Made by a program: the position numbers and the translations under genes. This document shows positions 19,828 through 29,950 of a stretch of DNA of 64,000 nt, in pieces (position 1 is the stretch's first letter; the number at the start of each line of letters is the position of its first letter). The stretch lies in contig OZ241981.1 of assembly GCA_965204345.1 (NCBI GenBank), positions 1,856,001 to 1,920,000 of the forward strand, in the 5' to 3' direction. The DNA comes from Nitrosopumilus sp. GTDB taxonomy: Archaea > Thermoproteota > Nitrososphaeria > Nitrososphaerales > Nitrosopumilaceae. The notes under the pieces are model-generated. The model had not been told where the DNA came from, ran no database searches, and saw only the letters and a program-made list of their open reading frames with translations.

Positions 19828-20882
19828 TTTTCCAGGATGTATTCATCTGAGACTTCCATTCCAAAGTGTCTGCCTGTTGCAGGTTTTGAATGAACCATTA
19901 CGGTGTCTCCCTTTTTTAGATGAGTGACTGATACTAGCTGCCCGTTGGATTTTACAAAACGAATCGTCTCTGCATCCTGTGCTATGATTCCGCCTGTCTC
20001 ATTTCCTGCCGTGGCCTTGATCATCAGCATTGGCCTGCGCTCAATCTTTGATCTGCCCACAGTTGCTCTTCTTGCTTTGCCCTTTGAATTGAGAACTAGC
20101 ACCTCTGAGCCTGTCTCCACTTCTGAGAGATAGTTTGTTGTTCCATCCGGTGATAGCGTATAGCAGTGAACTGCTCCTGCATTTACCCTAAATGGCCTAG
20201 GTGACGTAAATGACGATCCCACTGATTCATTATGGACAAGAAACAAAAAGTTTGATCTGCTTCCAACTAGCATGCCTTCTCCTTTGTGAAGCATTGATGC
20301 CGTATCCACGCAGACCCTCTCCCCGTCTCCCACCTCCTTGATCTCTGTAATCTTTGCAGGCCTCATATCAAAATTCTTGGTTCCAAGGTATATCATGGCC
20401 TCCCTGACTTTGCTAATTGAGGATGTGCTGAAAATCACCCCGTCTACACCCACCTCTAAGATGGAGAACATCTTTCTAACCTCTTCTGGTGTTCTGGCAA
20501 TTGCAAATATTTTGGTGTGAATTTTGTGCAGTTTTGCAATAATGTTTTCCAACGGGATTACTTTCCAATCCTTTACCTCCACTATTACAAAGTCCAGTCC
20601 CTTTTTGGCAGTATCAAGAACGTTTTCGATATCCGAGTTTGAGAGTATCTGAAACTTTCTCCCAACTTTTTTGCCCCTTGGCTTTGTTCTGTCCTTCTCA
20701 AGGACTACATAGTCTGCTGCACTTGATGGAAACACTGTCTGAAGCCTTGTTTTTTTCTTGCCCATCTTTTTGGGATCAAGATACACCATCCTTATTCCTT
20801 CGTCCTGTATCTGAGGCAAGAGTCTGGCTAGCTGTTGCTGAGACGCCTTGGGTGAAATAATTAGCTCTCTTGTCTTACTCAA
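19824..20882 (-). CDS. 3-dehydroquinate synthase II (archaeal AroB')
   Basis: DWKVIPLENIIA, RVCVDT, RPFRVNAGAVH, GRHFG. Confidence 0.95.
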   Translation of the reverse strand: MSKTRELIISPKASQQQLARLLPQIQDEGIRMVYLDPKKMGKKKTRLQTVFPSSAADYVVLEKDRTKPRGKKVGRKFQILSNSDIENVLDTAKKGLDFVIVEVKDWKVIPLENIIAKLHKIHTKIFAIARTPEEVRKMFSILEVGVDGVIFSTSSISKVREAMIYLGTKNFDMRPAKITEIKEVGDGERVCVDTASMLHKGEGMLVGSRSNFLFLVHNESVGSSFTSPRPFRVNAGAVHCYTLSPDGTTNYLSEVETGSEVLVLNSKGKARRATVGRSKIERRPMLMIKATAGNETGGIIAQDAETIRFVKSNGQLVSVTHLKKGDTVMVHSKPATGRHFGMEVSDEYILEK

Positions 20883-21657
20883 TTTTCTTCATTGCTTCCT
20901 TTGCGGTTCCCTTTCTGAAAATTATCTCAGATAATGCTGCCACCATCTTTTCAGGAGTTTTGTGTGCAAAGATGTTTCTGCCATACGTTACTCCCTTGGC
21001 TCCTGCCGTCATTGCATCTTCAGTCATTTGAAGAATGTCCAGGTCTGTCTTTGCCTTGGGTCCGCCTGCAATAACAATGGGAACAGGCGTGCTCTTTACA
21101 ATCTTTGCAAACGAATCCACGTCTCCCGTGTACAGTGTTTTAACAATGTCTGCACCGCACTCTGCGCCTATACGTGCAACATGTCCTACAATTCCCGGGT
21201 CATGTGGGTTTTTGATGTTCTCTCCCCTCGGATACATCATTGCCAAAAGCGGCATTCCCCATTTGTGGCACTGGTCTGCTGTCATCCCAAGCTGCTCTAG
21301 CATCTCCGGCTCTTCTTTGCCTCCGATGTTGATGTGCAATGAAACGCCATCTGCCCCCATTGCAGCTGCCTCCTTTACTGTTCCAGTCAGCATCTTTCGG
21401 TTTGGTGATGATGACAATGACGTGCTGCTTGAAAAGTGAACCAGGATTCCTATCTTGGTGGGCTTTGGCAATGCTTTGAGAATTCCCTTGTTGATGATTA
21501 CGCTTGTGAGTCCGTGCCCTTCGCACTTGTAAATTGTGGATGCCGGGTTCTCAAGGCCCTCGATGGGTCCGTCTGAAACGCCGTGATCCATTGGAATGCA
21601 TAGCATTCTTCCTTTTCTGAGAATTCTGTTTAGTCTGATTTGATTTGCCGATACCAT
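20875..21657 (-). CDS. 2-amino-3,7-dideoxy-D-threo-hept-6-ulosonate synthase (AroA', DhnA-type aldolase)
   Basis: PMDHG, MMYPRG, GADIVKT, IAGGPK, GRNIF; heads the aro operon. Confidence 0.93.
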   Translation of the reverse strand: MVSANQIRLNRILRKGRMLCIPMDHGVSDGPIEGLENPASTIYKCEGHGLTSVIINKGILKALPKPTKIGILVHFSSSTSLSSSPNRKMLTGTVKEAAAMGADGVSLHINIGGKEEPEMLEQLGMTADQCHKWGMPLLAMMYPRGENIKNPHDPGIVGHVARIGAECGADIVKTLYTGDVDSFAKIVKSTPVPIVIAGGPKAKTDLDILQMTEDAMTAGAKGVTYGRNIFAHKTPEKMVAALSEIIFRKGTAKEAMKKIE

Positions 21658-22057
21658 GAATTGATCTGATTTTTGTACCCTACTTAAAATTAATGTGGCC
21701 CTAATGTACCATGCCTGACTCTGGTATTGATTATGATTTTTGGCATCTTGTGCCCATCCACTTGATGTGTACATCGCTTGGTAGGATATTTTCTGCTAAA
21801 AAATTCTAAATGAGACTCGTAAAAAAGATAGTCTGCAAACCTGCTCTCTCTTTCTCACAAACTAGAATCATGTCTTGCAAAAGATTTGACTTGAGCAAGG
21901 CACCTGCAGGATATATACTGTCTAATCCAAAAATAACACAATTCTCCAAGCCCCAACTTTTTAAAGATCGCACCCAAAGTCACCAATTTGGTCTGAGCTT
22001 TTTCTGTATGTTGTTTCTGTCAAGAATTAAATAGAAATTCTAAAGGATGAAGGTCAC

Positions 22058-23176
22058 TTGAGTCAGGCCACCAAACAGATACAAAAAAGCGACATTAGGG
22101 ACATCTTGGAGAATTCCCTTGATGGGAAGAGACCCGGTCCCAAAGACGTCTTGAGACTGTTGGAATCTGACGATGTCCATCTGATGGGCCTTGCTGCGGG
22201 CCACCTGACAAGAAAGCAGTTTGGCAAAAAGGCTTCTTTTGTAAATAATATAATTCTAAACTACACCAACGTATGCATTACTGATTGCAAATTTTGCGCC
22301 TTTTACAGATCTCCCGGAGCTGAGGACTCTTACACCCTGACTCTTGATGAAATTGAAGCTCGGGTAAAGACGTCCTGTGAGATGTTTAAGATTCGTCAAG
22401 TTCTGATTCAGGGCGGGCACAATCCGAATTTGAGAATAGAGTATTATGAGGATGCGTTTAAAATGATTAGGGCAAAGTTCCCCTCTGTTGGGGTTCATGG
22501 TCTGTCCACCTCTGAAATTGACATGATTGCAAGGGTTGAAAAGTCCTCCACCAAAGAGATTCTATCCCGACTAAGGGATGCCGGCTTGCAATCAATTCCC
22601 GGTGCGGGTGCTGAAATCCTGACTGACTCTGTCAAGGAAATTATCAGCCCTAAAAAAATCTCAAGTGATGCCTGGATTAGAATCATGGAAGAGTCCCACT
22701 CTCTTGGAATTCCCGGCTCTGCAACAATGATGTATGGTCATGTGGAAGACAACAATGACATTGTCGAGCACTTTGCTAAGATTGTAAGACTCCAAGAGAG
22801 AACCAAGGGCTTTATGGCATTTATTCCGTGGAATTTTGAGCCAAACAATACCCTGATGCATGAGCAAGGCGTTGTAGAGTATGGGACCGGCGGAATTCAG
22901 CTCTTGAAAATGATTGCAATTTCCAGGCTGGTTTTTAACGGACTGATTCCTCACATCCAATCCTCATGGCTGACCAACGGGGTTGGCATGGCCCAGCTTG
23001 CATTGCAGTATGGAGCCGACGACTTTGGGGGCACGCTCATTGGGGAGGAGGTCGTCTCCTGTACCGGAGCACGTTCTACTGAGCTTACTGATAAAATAAT
23101 TATAGATGCAATCCATCAGATTGGCTATCAGGTCGAGGAGAGGGACAACTTCTATAATCCTGTGTCCGTGTTATAA
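22058..23176 (+). CDS. mqnC: Radical SAM CofH/MqnC family (cyclic dehypoxanthine futalosine synthase-like)
   Basis: NYTNVCITDCKFCAF, QGGHNP, PGAGAEIL, AFIPW, GADDFGG; next to a UbiD-family gene. Confidence 0.85.
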   Translation: MSQATKQIQKSDIRDILENSLDGKRPGPKDVLRLLESDDVHLMGLAAGHLTRKQFGKKASFVNNIILNYTNVCITDCKFCAFYRSPGAEDSYTLTLDEIEARVKTSCEMFKIRQVLIQGGHNPNLRIEYYEDAFKMIRAKFPSVGVHGLSTSEIDMIARVEKSSTKEILSRLRDAGLQSIPGAGAEILTDSVKEIISPKKISSDAWIRIMEESHSLGIPGSATMMYGHVEDNNDIVEHFAKIVRLQERTKGFMAFIPWNFEPNNTLMHEQGVVEYGTGGIQLLKMIAISRLVFNGLIPHIQSSWLTNGVGMAQLALQYGADDFGGTLIGEEVVSCTGARSTELTDKIIIDAIHQIGYQVEERDNFYNPVSVL

Positions 23177-24613
23177 TCCGTAACTGGACCACTTGGAATC
23201 GACCAGCTCTCTTGTCTTCTCATCAACTCTGACCTGCTTTTGTATCTCCCTTTTGTATCCCTCCTCTCTTGTCTTCTGAGTTGCGTCTATTCCCATTTTT
23301 GAGCCTAGGTTGACAAGTGGCGATGCCGGGTCAAGCGTGTCTGTTGGGGCATCGTTGATTATCGTTGTGTCCCGTGCAGCGTCTGCCCTAGTCGTAATTG
23401 CCCAAATCACGTCATTGATGTCATGGACATTAATGTCCTCATCTACTACTACAAACATCTTTGTCAGGGAGAGCTGTCCCATTCCCCACAGTCCCATCAT
23501 GACCTTTTTTGCCTGTCCCGGGTATCTCTTCTTAATTGATATGATTGCAAATCCCTGGAACCATCCAGCTGCCGGCATGCCAAAGTCTACTACCTCCGGA
23601 TGGAACATCTGGATCAGGGGCAAAAATGAGCGCTCAATTACTTTGCCAATGTATGCATCCTCAAGTATTGGCTTTCCGACTACTGTTGTGACGTATATTG
23701 GATCCTTTCTTCGCATAACTCCTGTAAGTGTAAATGTTGGATATGGCTCAACTGGCGTATAGTATCCCGTATGATCCCCAAATGGGCCTTCGTCCCTGGT
23801 GTCTGCAGGATCCACATATCCTTCCAAGACAATTTCTGCATTAGCCGGGACATCCAGATCAACTGTTTTGCACTTTACAGTCTTGATTCCCTCCTTTCTT
23901 GCAATTCCTGCAAACAGATACTTGTCTAACCCTTCTGGAACCGGTGCAATTGATGAAAATATCGTGGCAGGCTCTCCTCCGATAATTACTGCAGCTGGAA
24001 TCCTCTCTCCCCTCTCTCTTGAGATATCGCCGTGATGTGCGCCGCGCTTGTGCTTTTGCCAGTGCACCAGTGCATGTGTCTTATCTACAATCTGCATCCT
24101 GTAGACTCCCAGGTTCCTAACCTTCGTTTCTGGATGCCTTGTTGCAACCAGTCCCAGTGTGATAAAACGCCCTGCATCCTCTGGCCATGATTTTAAGATT
24201 GGCAAGTCATCAAATGATGCATCCTGAGACGTAATTTCAGTTACCGGCCCACTGGCTTCTGTCTTTGGAAACGATGCCGTCATCTTTGTGAATTCTGGAA
24301 GCTTTTTAATCTTGTTTAGCAATCCTGACGGTACGTCCATCCTTGTCATATCTGCAATGCGCTGACCGATTTCCGTAAAATCCGTCATCTCCAGTCCTAT
24401 CTCCAATCTTTTCATAGAGCCAAACGCATTTCCTAAAACCGGCATGTCGTATCCTTTTACATTCTCAAAAAGTATTGCAGGGCCGTCTGCATACATTTGC
24501 CTTCTCATAATTTCGGCAATCTCCAAGTCCGAATCGACCTCTGTCTTGATCCTCCTTAGTTCACCGCACCTTTCAAGCTCTGCGATAAAATCCCTGATAT
24601 CCTCTATTCCCAC
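23171..24613 (-). CDS. ubiD: UbiD-family (menaquinone pathway) decarboxylase
   Basis: NLGVYR, EGPFGDHTGYY, VVVDEDI, KMGIDAT. Confidence 0.93.
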   Translation of the reverse strand: MGIEDIRDFIAELERCGELRRIKTEVDSDLEIAEIMRRQMYADGPAILFENVKGYDMPVLGNAFGSMKRLEIGLEMTDFTEIGQRIADMTRMDVPSGLLNKIKKLPEFTKMTASFPKTEASGPVTEITSQDASFDDLPILKSWPEDAGRFITLGLVATRHPETKVRNLGVYRMQIVDKTHALVHWQKHKRGAHHGDISRERGERIPAAVIIGGEPATIFSSIAPVPEGLDKYLFAGIARKEGIKTVKCKTVDLDVPANAEIVLEGYVDPADTRDEGPFGDHTGYYTPVEPYPTFTLTGVMRRKDPIYVTTVVGKPILEDAYIGKVIERSFLPLIQMFHPEVVDFGMPAAGWFQGFAIISIKKRYPGQAKKVMMGLWGMGQLSLTKMFVVVDEDINVHDINDVIWAITTRADAARDTTIINDAPTDTLDPASPLVNLGSKMGIDATQKTREEGYKREIQKQVRVDEKTRELVDSKWSSYGL

Positions 24614-24654
24614 ATTGGTTCTCCGCTCAGATCAAGTATAAGCTTAACTCGATT

Positions 24655-25029
24655 CTACATTGGCGGGAGTTCAGTCTTTTTGTCATGTCCGCCGGATCCG
24701 AATTTGCAGTAAAAGCACAGTTCTGATTCCATGTACTTTAGCTGCTCTATCTGGATTGCTCCAATCTTTAATGCGATCTTTGTGAGAATTCTGTACTTTA
24801 ACGGCATTGCAGGAATCACTTCCTCAATGTATACCTTGTAATGATCCGGACAAAATTTCAGGGTAACCTTTGATGGCTCTTTGCCTTTTTGGTTAACCTG
24901 CCTTGTAAAGTTTATCTGCTCTCTGATGTATTCGTGTTTTGGACATGGACAATTTCTGCCCCCAGGATGCTTGTAGGCTGGGGTGTTCTTCCAGTCAAAA
25001 TCTGGGAACTCTTTCTCAAAATCATCCAT
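24655..25029 (-). CDS. Hypothetical Cys/His-containing protein
   Basis: 124-aa ORF with CPCPKH, FCPDH, CFYC. Confidence 0.7.
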   Translation of the reverse strand: MDDFEKEFPDFDWKNTPAYKHPGGRNCPCPKHEYIREQINFTRQVNQKGKEPSKVTLKFCPDHYKVYIEEVIPAMPLKYRILTKIALKIGAIQIEQLKYMESELCFYCKFGSGGHDKKTELPPM

Positions 25030-25126
25030 GAGATCAATTATTTAATTTAGCATATAAAACTTGATCAAAATCAGCTGCTCAAATCAACCCAAATGTAAAT
25101 AAACCCCGGATTGACCATTCCAGATT

Positions 25127-25933
25127 ATGGCAGCTGCTAAAAAGCAAACAAAAAAAGATCTTGAAGACAAGATTGCCAAATTAGAAGCAAAGATAAACCA
25201 ACTTTCTACTCAGCTAGCCTCAAAGCCGGCAGAGACTCCAAAACCTGCCGCCAAGGCAAAGCCAGCTGAAAGGCCTGCTGCAACAACCAAGCCAAAGGGC
25301 ACACTGCCCAAAGGAATGGATGCAAAGCCTGCTGAGACAAAGCCTGCTGAAAGGCCCGCTGCAACAACCAAGCCAAAGGGCACACTGCCCAAAGGATTTG
25401 AAGCAAAGCCAGCTGAGGCAAAGCCAGCTGAGGCAAAGCCTGCTGAGGCAAAGCCAGCTGAAAGACCTGCTGCAACAACCAAGCCAAAGGGCACACTGCC
25501 CAAAGGATTTGAAGCAAAGCCAGCAGATGTCCCAAAGCCGGCTGAAACAACAACGTCACAGCCACCTGCAACTGTGCAAGAAGCACTAGAGGATGCATAC
25601 ATGACTGCCCCGACATCTGACTTTCATCAGTACAGGGCCAAAGTCACAGGTTATTCACCAGCTCCCAACAGATACTTTGTGAGACTGACTGCTCCTGTGG
25701 GCAAGGTTCCAACCACAAATTGGAATCTCCAAAAATCTAAAGTGACCGGCTATACTGCATGCTCAAACCAGTACTATGCAACAAGGGCAAGACTTGCATA
25801 TCATCCTGCCGATAAAACATTTGGAAGTTTTAGCGGGATCAACATGAGCGTTGAGGGAATCAAGGCACAGCAAGCTCCTCCGACACCAGAGCCACCAAAG
25901 CCCAAAAGAGGCACACTACCAAAAGGTTTCTAA
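25127..25933 (+). CDS. Pro/Lys/Ala-rich low-complexity protein, paralogue A
   Basis: N-terminal coiled coil, AKPAE and KGTLPKG repeats, two KVTGY repeats. Core nearly identical to 33111-34181. Confidence 0.85.
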   Translation: MAAAKKQTKKDLEDKIAKLEAKINQLSTQLASKPAETPKPAAKAKPAERPAATTKPKGTLPKGMDAKPAETKPAERPAATTKPKGTLPKGFEAKPAEAKPAEAKPAEAKPAERPAATTKPKGTLPKGFEAKPADVPKPAETTTSQPPATVQEALEDAYMTAPTSDFHQYRAKVTGYSPAPNRYFVRLTAPVGKVPTTNWNLQKSKVTGYTACSNQYYATRARLAYHPADKTFGSFSGINMSVEGIKAQQAPPTPEPPKPKRGTLPKGF

Positions 25934-26000
25934 TCCAACTATTTCCTTATTTTCTATTTTTAATAGCAATGTTCATCTTTGATGATGTTTTGTACAGTGT

Positions 26001-26192
26001 ATGGCTCCACAAATCCCGTGCCCTAATTGCCAGCAAACTGACTGGCTTGAAAGCGATGAGTTAAGCTATCTTCCCATTGTCATGAAAATGGAGGATGGAA
26101 CATATGCTGCAGACACTAACAATGGAATTCATGTTAGACTATGGAGATGTGACAACTGTCTGTATGTGATGCAGTTTTGGGAACCTGATTAG
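26001..26192 (+). CDS. Small Zn-ribbon protein
   Basis: CPNC...CDNC. Confidence 0.7.
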   Translation: MAPQIPCPNCQQTDWLESDELSYLPIVMKMEDGTYAADTNNGIHVRLWRCDNCLYVMQFWEPD

Positions 26193-26394
26193 GCGCTGTC
26201 TGGAAATTTAGTGCGACATCTGCATGATTTTTTTTTAAAATGGCATCATCTGTACATTTCAAATGCCGGGATTATTGCATCTTGTAAGCATATGTCAAAA
26301 ATATGACGATTGTAGTTACGACTATGGAGGGTTCTTTGTATGATATTGTTTTATGACACTAAGATTGAAAAGTGTACATGCAAGTCAGATTATC

Positions 26395-26506
26395 TTTGTA
26401 GCACAAACCCTTTGAGCTATACTTGAGACTGCAAGCTCACAGTGTTTGTAGCACAAACCCTTTGAGCTATACTTGAGACTGCAAGCTCACAGTGTTTGTA
26501 GCACAA
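26395..26506. repeat. 50-bp perfect tandem duplication (2.2 copies) just beyond the integrase 3' end
   Basis: Unit TTTGTAGCACAAACCCTTTGAGCTATACTTGAGACTGCAAGCTCACAGTG at 26395 and 26445, plus a 12-bp third start at 26495. Confidence 0.95.
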
Positions 26507-26555
26507 TCTCATTTCTTGCCAGAAAACAACACCATGACAAGAATGATGCAGAAAA

Positions 26556-28247
26556 TCACACCTTCTCTGTACCTGACTCGTAGATTCTCTTAAGCTTGGA
26601 ACCGCACGCAGGACACTTTTGCCTGTCATGAACCGTGCTGCATGAAATACAGCAAAATTCCACAGACTTTGCAATGTTTCCCGAGCTTTTTCCAGACAGC
26701 TCGTCAATCTGTCTTTGCATTTGACGTAGCATCTCAGACTGTCTTTCTCTAAACATATCCTCTCTTTTCTTTATTGCAAGCTCAGTTAGAAGATCCTCCT
26801 TGAGCCTTCCAATCTCTGAGATTTTTTCCCTTAACTCTAGCTTTAGCTCGTCTGCATCATCCTTTCCGGATGTTACGCTTGTAAACTTTGTAAATAGGTT
26901 TAATCTCTGGGATGCCTTTGCATACTCTTTTCGCAGGGTCTCTGGGTATAGCTTTGCCTGCTTTCCATACGAGTCCTTTGGCTTGTGGCCAATGACATGG
27001 TCTGCAACGTCTATTCTGCATCCAGAGTCAATCAGTGTGGATTTTAGTAAATCCCTTAGATCATGCGAGTCCATCCTGTATTGTTTTCTGCCGTTTGTCT
27101 CCACAAATTTTTGAACTCCTGATCTTTGTGCAATTCTTGAGAATTTTGTAAACACCCATCTAGGTGAAATTGGCTTTTGAAACTTGGTTAGAAACAGCGG
27201 CTGGTCGTCTTGCATGCTGTTTCCTGTCTTTTCCTTTCTAAAATCAAGGTATTTCTGCAATATGTCTACTGCATCCCTCTCCAGAAATCCGACATGCTTG
27301 TAGTCTGTCTTTATCCGAGTTAATGTTATTGGGACTGGACATTTCTCCAGATCCCACGAATCGTGGTTCTCAGAGCCAAACCACTTTGCCATCTGCGGCC
27401 ATGCCTCATAGTTGAACCTGTCAACCAGAGTAGAGACATCTAGTCCCCTGTGAAACTTGCACAGAAACACGGCGTGTTCTGTAATTGATGGCTTTCCAAT
27501 AGTTAAAAACTTCATTAGATCTGAGATGGTCATGTCCTGCTCCTCTAGTTCGGTGCTATGTGATGTCTTTGGATTGTAGTTGACCTGCAGTAGATATTCG
27601 TTTTTTTCAAAATATGACACTATGGCACTCTTTATCAAATTCATGTATGTTGCCTTTTTGTGCGAATGCATCTCATCGAGAAGATACTGCTTTATGATTC
27701 TTGTTACGTTCTTTTGATCGGCAAAAGGCTGTTCTAAAAGTTTTAGCAGTGATTCCACATTCTCAAATTTCTTTTGTTCTGTCTTTTGTACAAATGTGTT
27801 ATCACTGGTAGTCTGAAGCATATTTATCGCAAAGGCCTTTTCGGATATCCATCTGTTAAACTTCCATAGATGATGCAGGTACTGCAATTGTGTGCTATTG
27901 ATACTGGTACTGATTTTGTTCTGGTTTTTGAATTTGCTTCCGCGGAGCTGTGATGTCCAAAAGGACACGGTATCCAGACTTTTGAACCATTGAGGAATTG
28001 TGGCATTATTTGTCCTTTGGATCTTTTTTGATTCGCATGCCACTTTTAGTGCATGTGTAATATCGTTGATGACATACCGGTCATTTTTAAATCCAAGAAT
28101 GTCCTTATGCTTGGAGAAAAGTGATTTTACAGTTACTGTATCACCCACCTCCAACTCTGATAGTATGGGTCTTAGCTTCTTACTGATTCCAACAACATTT
28201 TTGTCAATTTTTGAAACAACAATGTATTCGTATTGGATCTTTGACAT
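26556..28247 (-). CDS. Tyrosine recombinase/integrase with C-terminal coiled coil and Zn ribbon
   Basis: RIKT (Lys), SHDLRD (HxLR), VIGHKPKDSY (GH...Y), terminal CISC...CPACG. Confidence 0.85.
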   Translation of the reverse strand: MSKIQYEYIVVSKIDKNVVGISKKLRPILSELEVGDTVTVKSLFSKHKDILGFKNDRYVINDITHALKVACESKKIQRTNNATIPQWFKSLDTVSFWTSQLRGSKFKNQNKISTSINSTQLQYLHHLWKFNRWISEKAFAINMLQTTSDNTFVQKTEQKKFENVESLLKLLEQPFADQKNVTRIIKQYLLDEMHSHKKATYMNLIKSAIVSYFEKNEYLLQVNYNPKTSHSTELEEQDMTISDLMKFLTIGKPSITEHAVFLCKFHRGLDVSTLVDRFNYEAWPQMAKWFGSENHDSWDLEKCPVPITLTRIKTDYKHVGFLERDAVDILQKYLDFRKEKTGNSMQDDQPLFLTKFQKPISPRWVFTKFSRIAQRSGVQKFVETNGRKQYRMDSHDLRDLLKSTLIDSGCRIDVADHVIGHKPKDSYGKQAKLYPETLRKEYAKASQRLNLFTKFTSVTSGKDDADELKLELREKISEIGRLKEDLLTELAIKKREDMFRERQSEMLRQMQRQIDELSGKSSGNIAKSVEFCCISCSTVHDRQKCPACGSKLKRIYESGTEKV

Positions 28248-28276
28248 GAATACTAAACTGTATTCTTGATAATTAA

Positions 28277-28672
28277 ATATATTGTAAACAGATAACTAAT
28301 GTAACATTTACAAAAAAGCAGCATACCATAACTGATGATATTACAACCTTTGAGTTTTGCTCTCCTTGGATTGCACTCAACCAGTCAAACTATGCAAAAT
28401 ACAACAATCTAGACAAGACATTTCGCAAAAAATTCCTTGAGCGTATACTTACTGCCAATCTGCTTAGCGCACTAAAGGGCCTTGGTTGCATGATTGACTA
28501 TGATCTGTATGTAAAGATAAAGTGGTTCAAGCACATGCCAGTTACGGCGCATGAGCATGGCTTTTCTGGTTTTTATGGAGCCTTTGTAGCTAATCTGTCA
28601 TTACCACAATATCTAGGCATAGGCAAAAGTGTCTCAAAAGGATTTGGCATACTAGAAAAAACACAACAATGA
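28277..28672 (+). pseudogene. cas6: 5'-truncated Cas6 (Cas6b, type I-B-like)
   Basis: Open frame without a start codon reads FEFCSPWIALNQSNY...RILTANLLSALKGLG...LPQYLGIGKSVSKGFG (Gly-rich loop). The N-terminal part is missing, with a stop at 28274-28276. Confidence 0.85.
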
Positions 28673-28718
28673 CAAAATTATCTTGTATTGATTTGGTTTT
28701 AGAAATATGTGGAGTTTT

Positions 28719-28826
28719 GTTTTGATCCTTATTATTTAGAGTTCTATCTATAGTTGATATGTGGGATTCACAATCGTACCATGAGATAAAGTTTCAATCC
28801 TTATTGTTTTAGAAATCCATTAAGAG
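28719..28826 (-). CRISPR. Degenerate CRISPR mini-array (2 repeats, 1 spacer)
   Basis: 28791-28826 GTTTCAATCCTTATTGTTTTAGAAATCCATTAAGAG differs at ~5/36 positions from the array repeat. 28719-28753 is more degenerate. Period is 72 bp, as in the main array. Confidence 0.75.
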
Positions 28827-28856
28827 CATGCATTCTAGTTTCATTGATCCCAATGT

Positions 28857-29066
28857 CTACAAAAATTTATCTTTTTCACGCTCTTCTTTAGAGAGTTCAT
28901 CTTGTTCATAATTTATGCCCTTAAAATAACTATGAATTTGGGATTGTTTTTTAATATACCATATTGCGATAAGCATTATACACACAGGAATACCCATAAT
29001 AGGCCACCATGAAGTCAACAATATAGCTAAAACAGGTGCTAAAAATAATCTCCGTGCTTTAATCAT
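28857..29066 (-). CDS. Small membrane protein (1-2 TM)
   Basis: Hydrophobic N-half (LFLAPVLAILLTSWWPIMGIPVCIMLIAIWYI) and charged C-terminus. Confidence 0.55.
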   Translation of the reverse strand: MIKARRLFLAPVLAILLTSWWPIMGIPVCIMLIAIWYIKKQSQIHSYFKGINYEQDELSKEEREKDKFL

Positions 29067-29449
29067 CTCTTACTTCAACTCTTGATGGAATTTTTGAAAT
29101 AATGTATTTTAATGTCACTACTAAACCAAGTTCAAAAATATTATCCCAGATTGTACCTGCATTCAATTAATATATTATCATGCCATCAGAGCTTGGGCAT
29201 CAAGACCTGAACCTGTCTATATTGTAAACAGATTCCCTCTGGCAATATCCTTTAGCGGAATGTCTGCATCGGAGAATCTCTTTGCAAACAGCTCGAAGAG
29301 TTTTGATGAACCTACAAAAAACGTTCCGTTGTGTATTGGATGGATTTTCGGCCCATGTCTCATTAATCTCAGTTAAGAATTTGACCCAATCCTGCCAAAC
29401 TGACAGAGTCAACGATCATAACTAATTTTAATATCTAATCTAATTAACT

Positions 29450-29950
29450 ATGCCAATTGGACCAGAAGTTTCCTCAAAGATAACTGTAAGTTTGGATTAG
29501 CAAGAAGCATTTGATAAAATAATTGGCATTATCAAAAAAGATACAAAGTTTTCCATACAGTCACAAGTTAGGCCAACAAAGATAACTGCATATGGTGGAC
29601 GTGGACCATCAAAACTTACAAAGGCAACGCTAGGAGCCGTAACCTTTGGGACGATTGCTATACTATCACACTACTCATCTCCAAAACGAATTGCCACCAT
29701 CTTCCTCAAGAAGCATACCAATGCAACAAAAATTACAATCCAAACAGAGGGATGGACAGATGGAGATTCAAGAGTCGCAACTTTTGTAAATATAATAATT
29801 GAGGAATTGATGAAATATGAAATAGATGATGATGAAAAAATCGTACAAAATGTACAAAGTGATGATCCGATAACAATTCTTAAGACAAGATATGCAAAGG
29901 GTGAAATAACAAAAGAAGAATTTGAGGAAATGAAAAAGAATTTAGAATAA
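29450..29950 (+). pseudogene. SHOCT-domain membrane-associated protein with in-frame TAG at codon 17
   Basis: ATG at 29450, TAG at 29498-29500. The same frame continues to DPITILKTRYAKGEITKEEFEEMKKNLE (SHOCT) and TAA at 29950. Confidence 0.8.

Noticed and set aside
26395-26506. 50-bp repeat interpreted as a CRISPR array
   Set aside because: The intervening sequences are identical and unrelated to the array repeat, so it is a simple tandem duplication.
28681-28716. Possible third degenerate repeat before the mini-array
   Set aside because: Only GTTTTAGAAAT matches well, and there is no room for a spacer.
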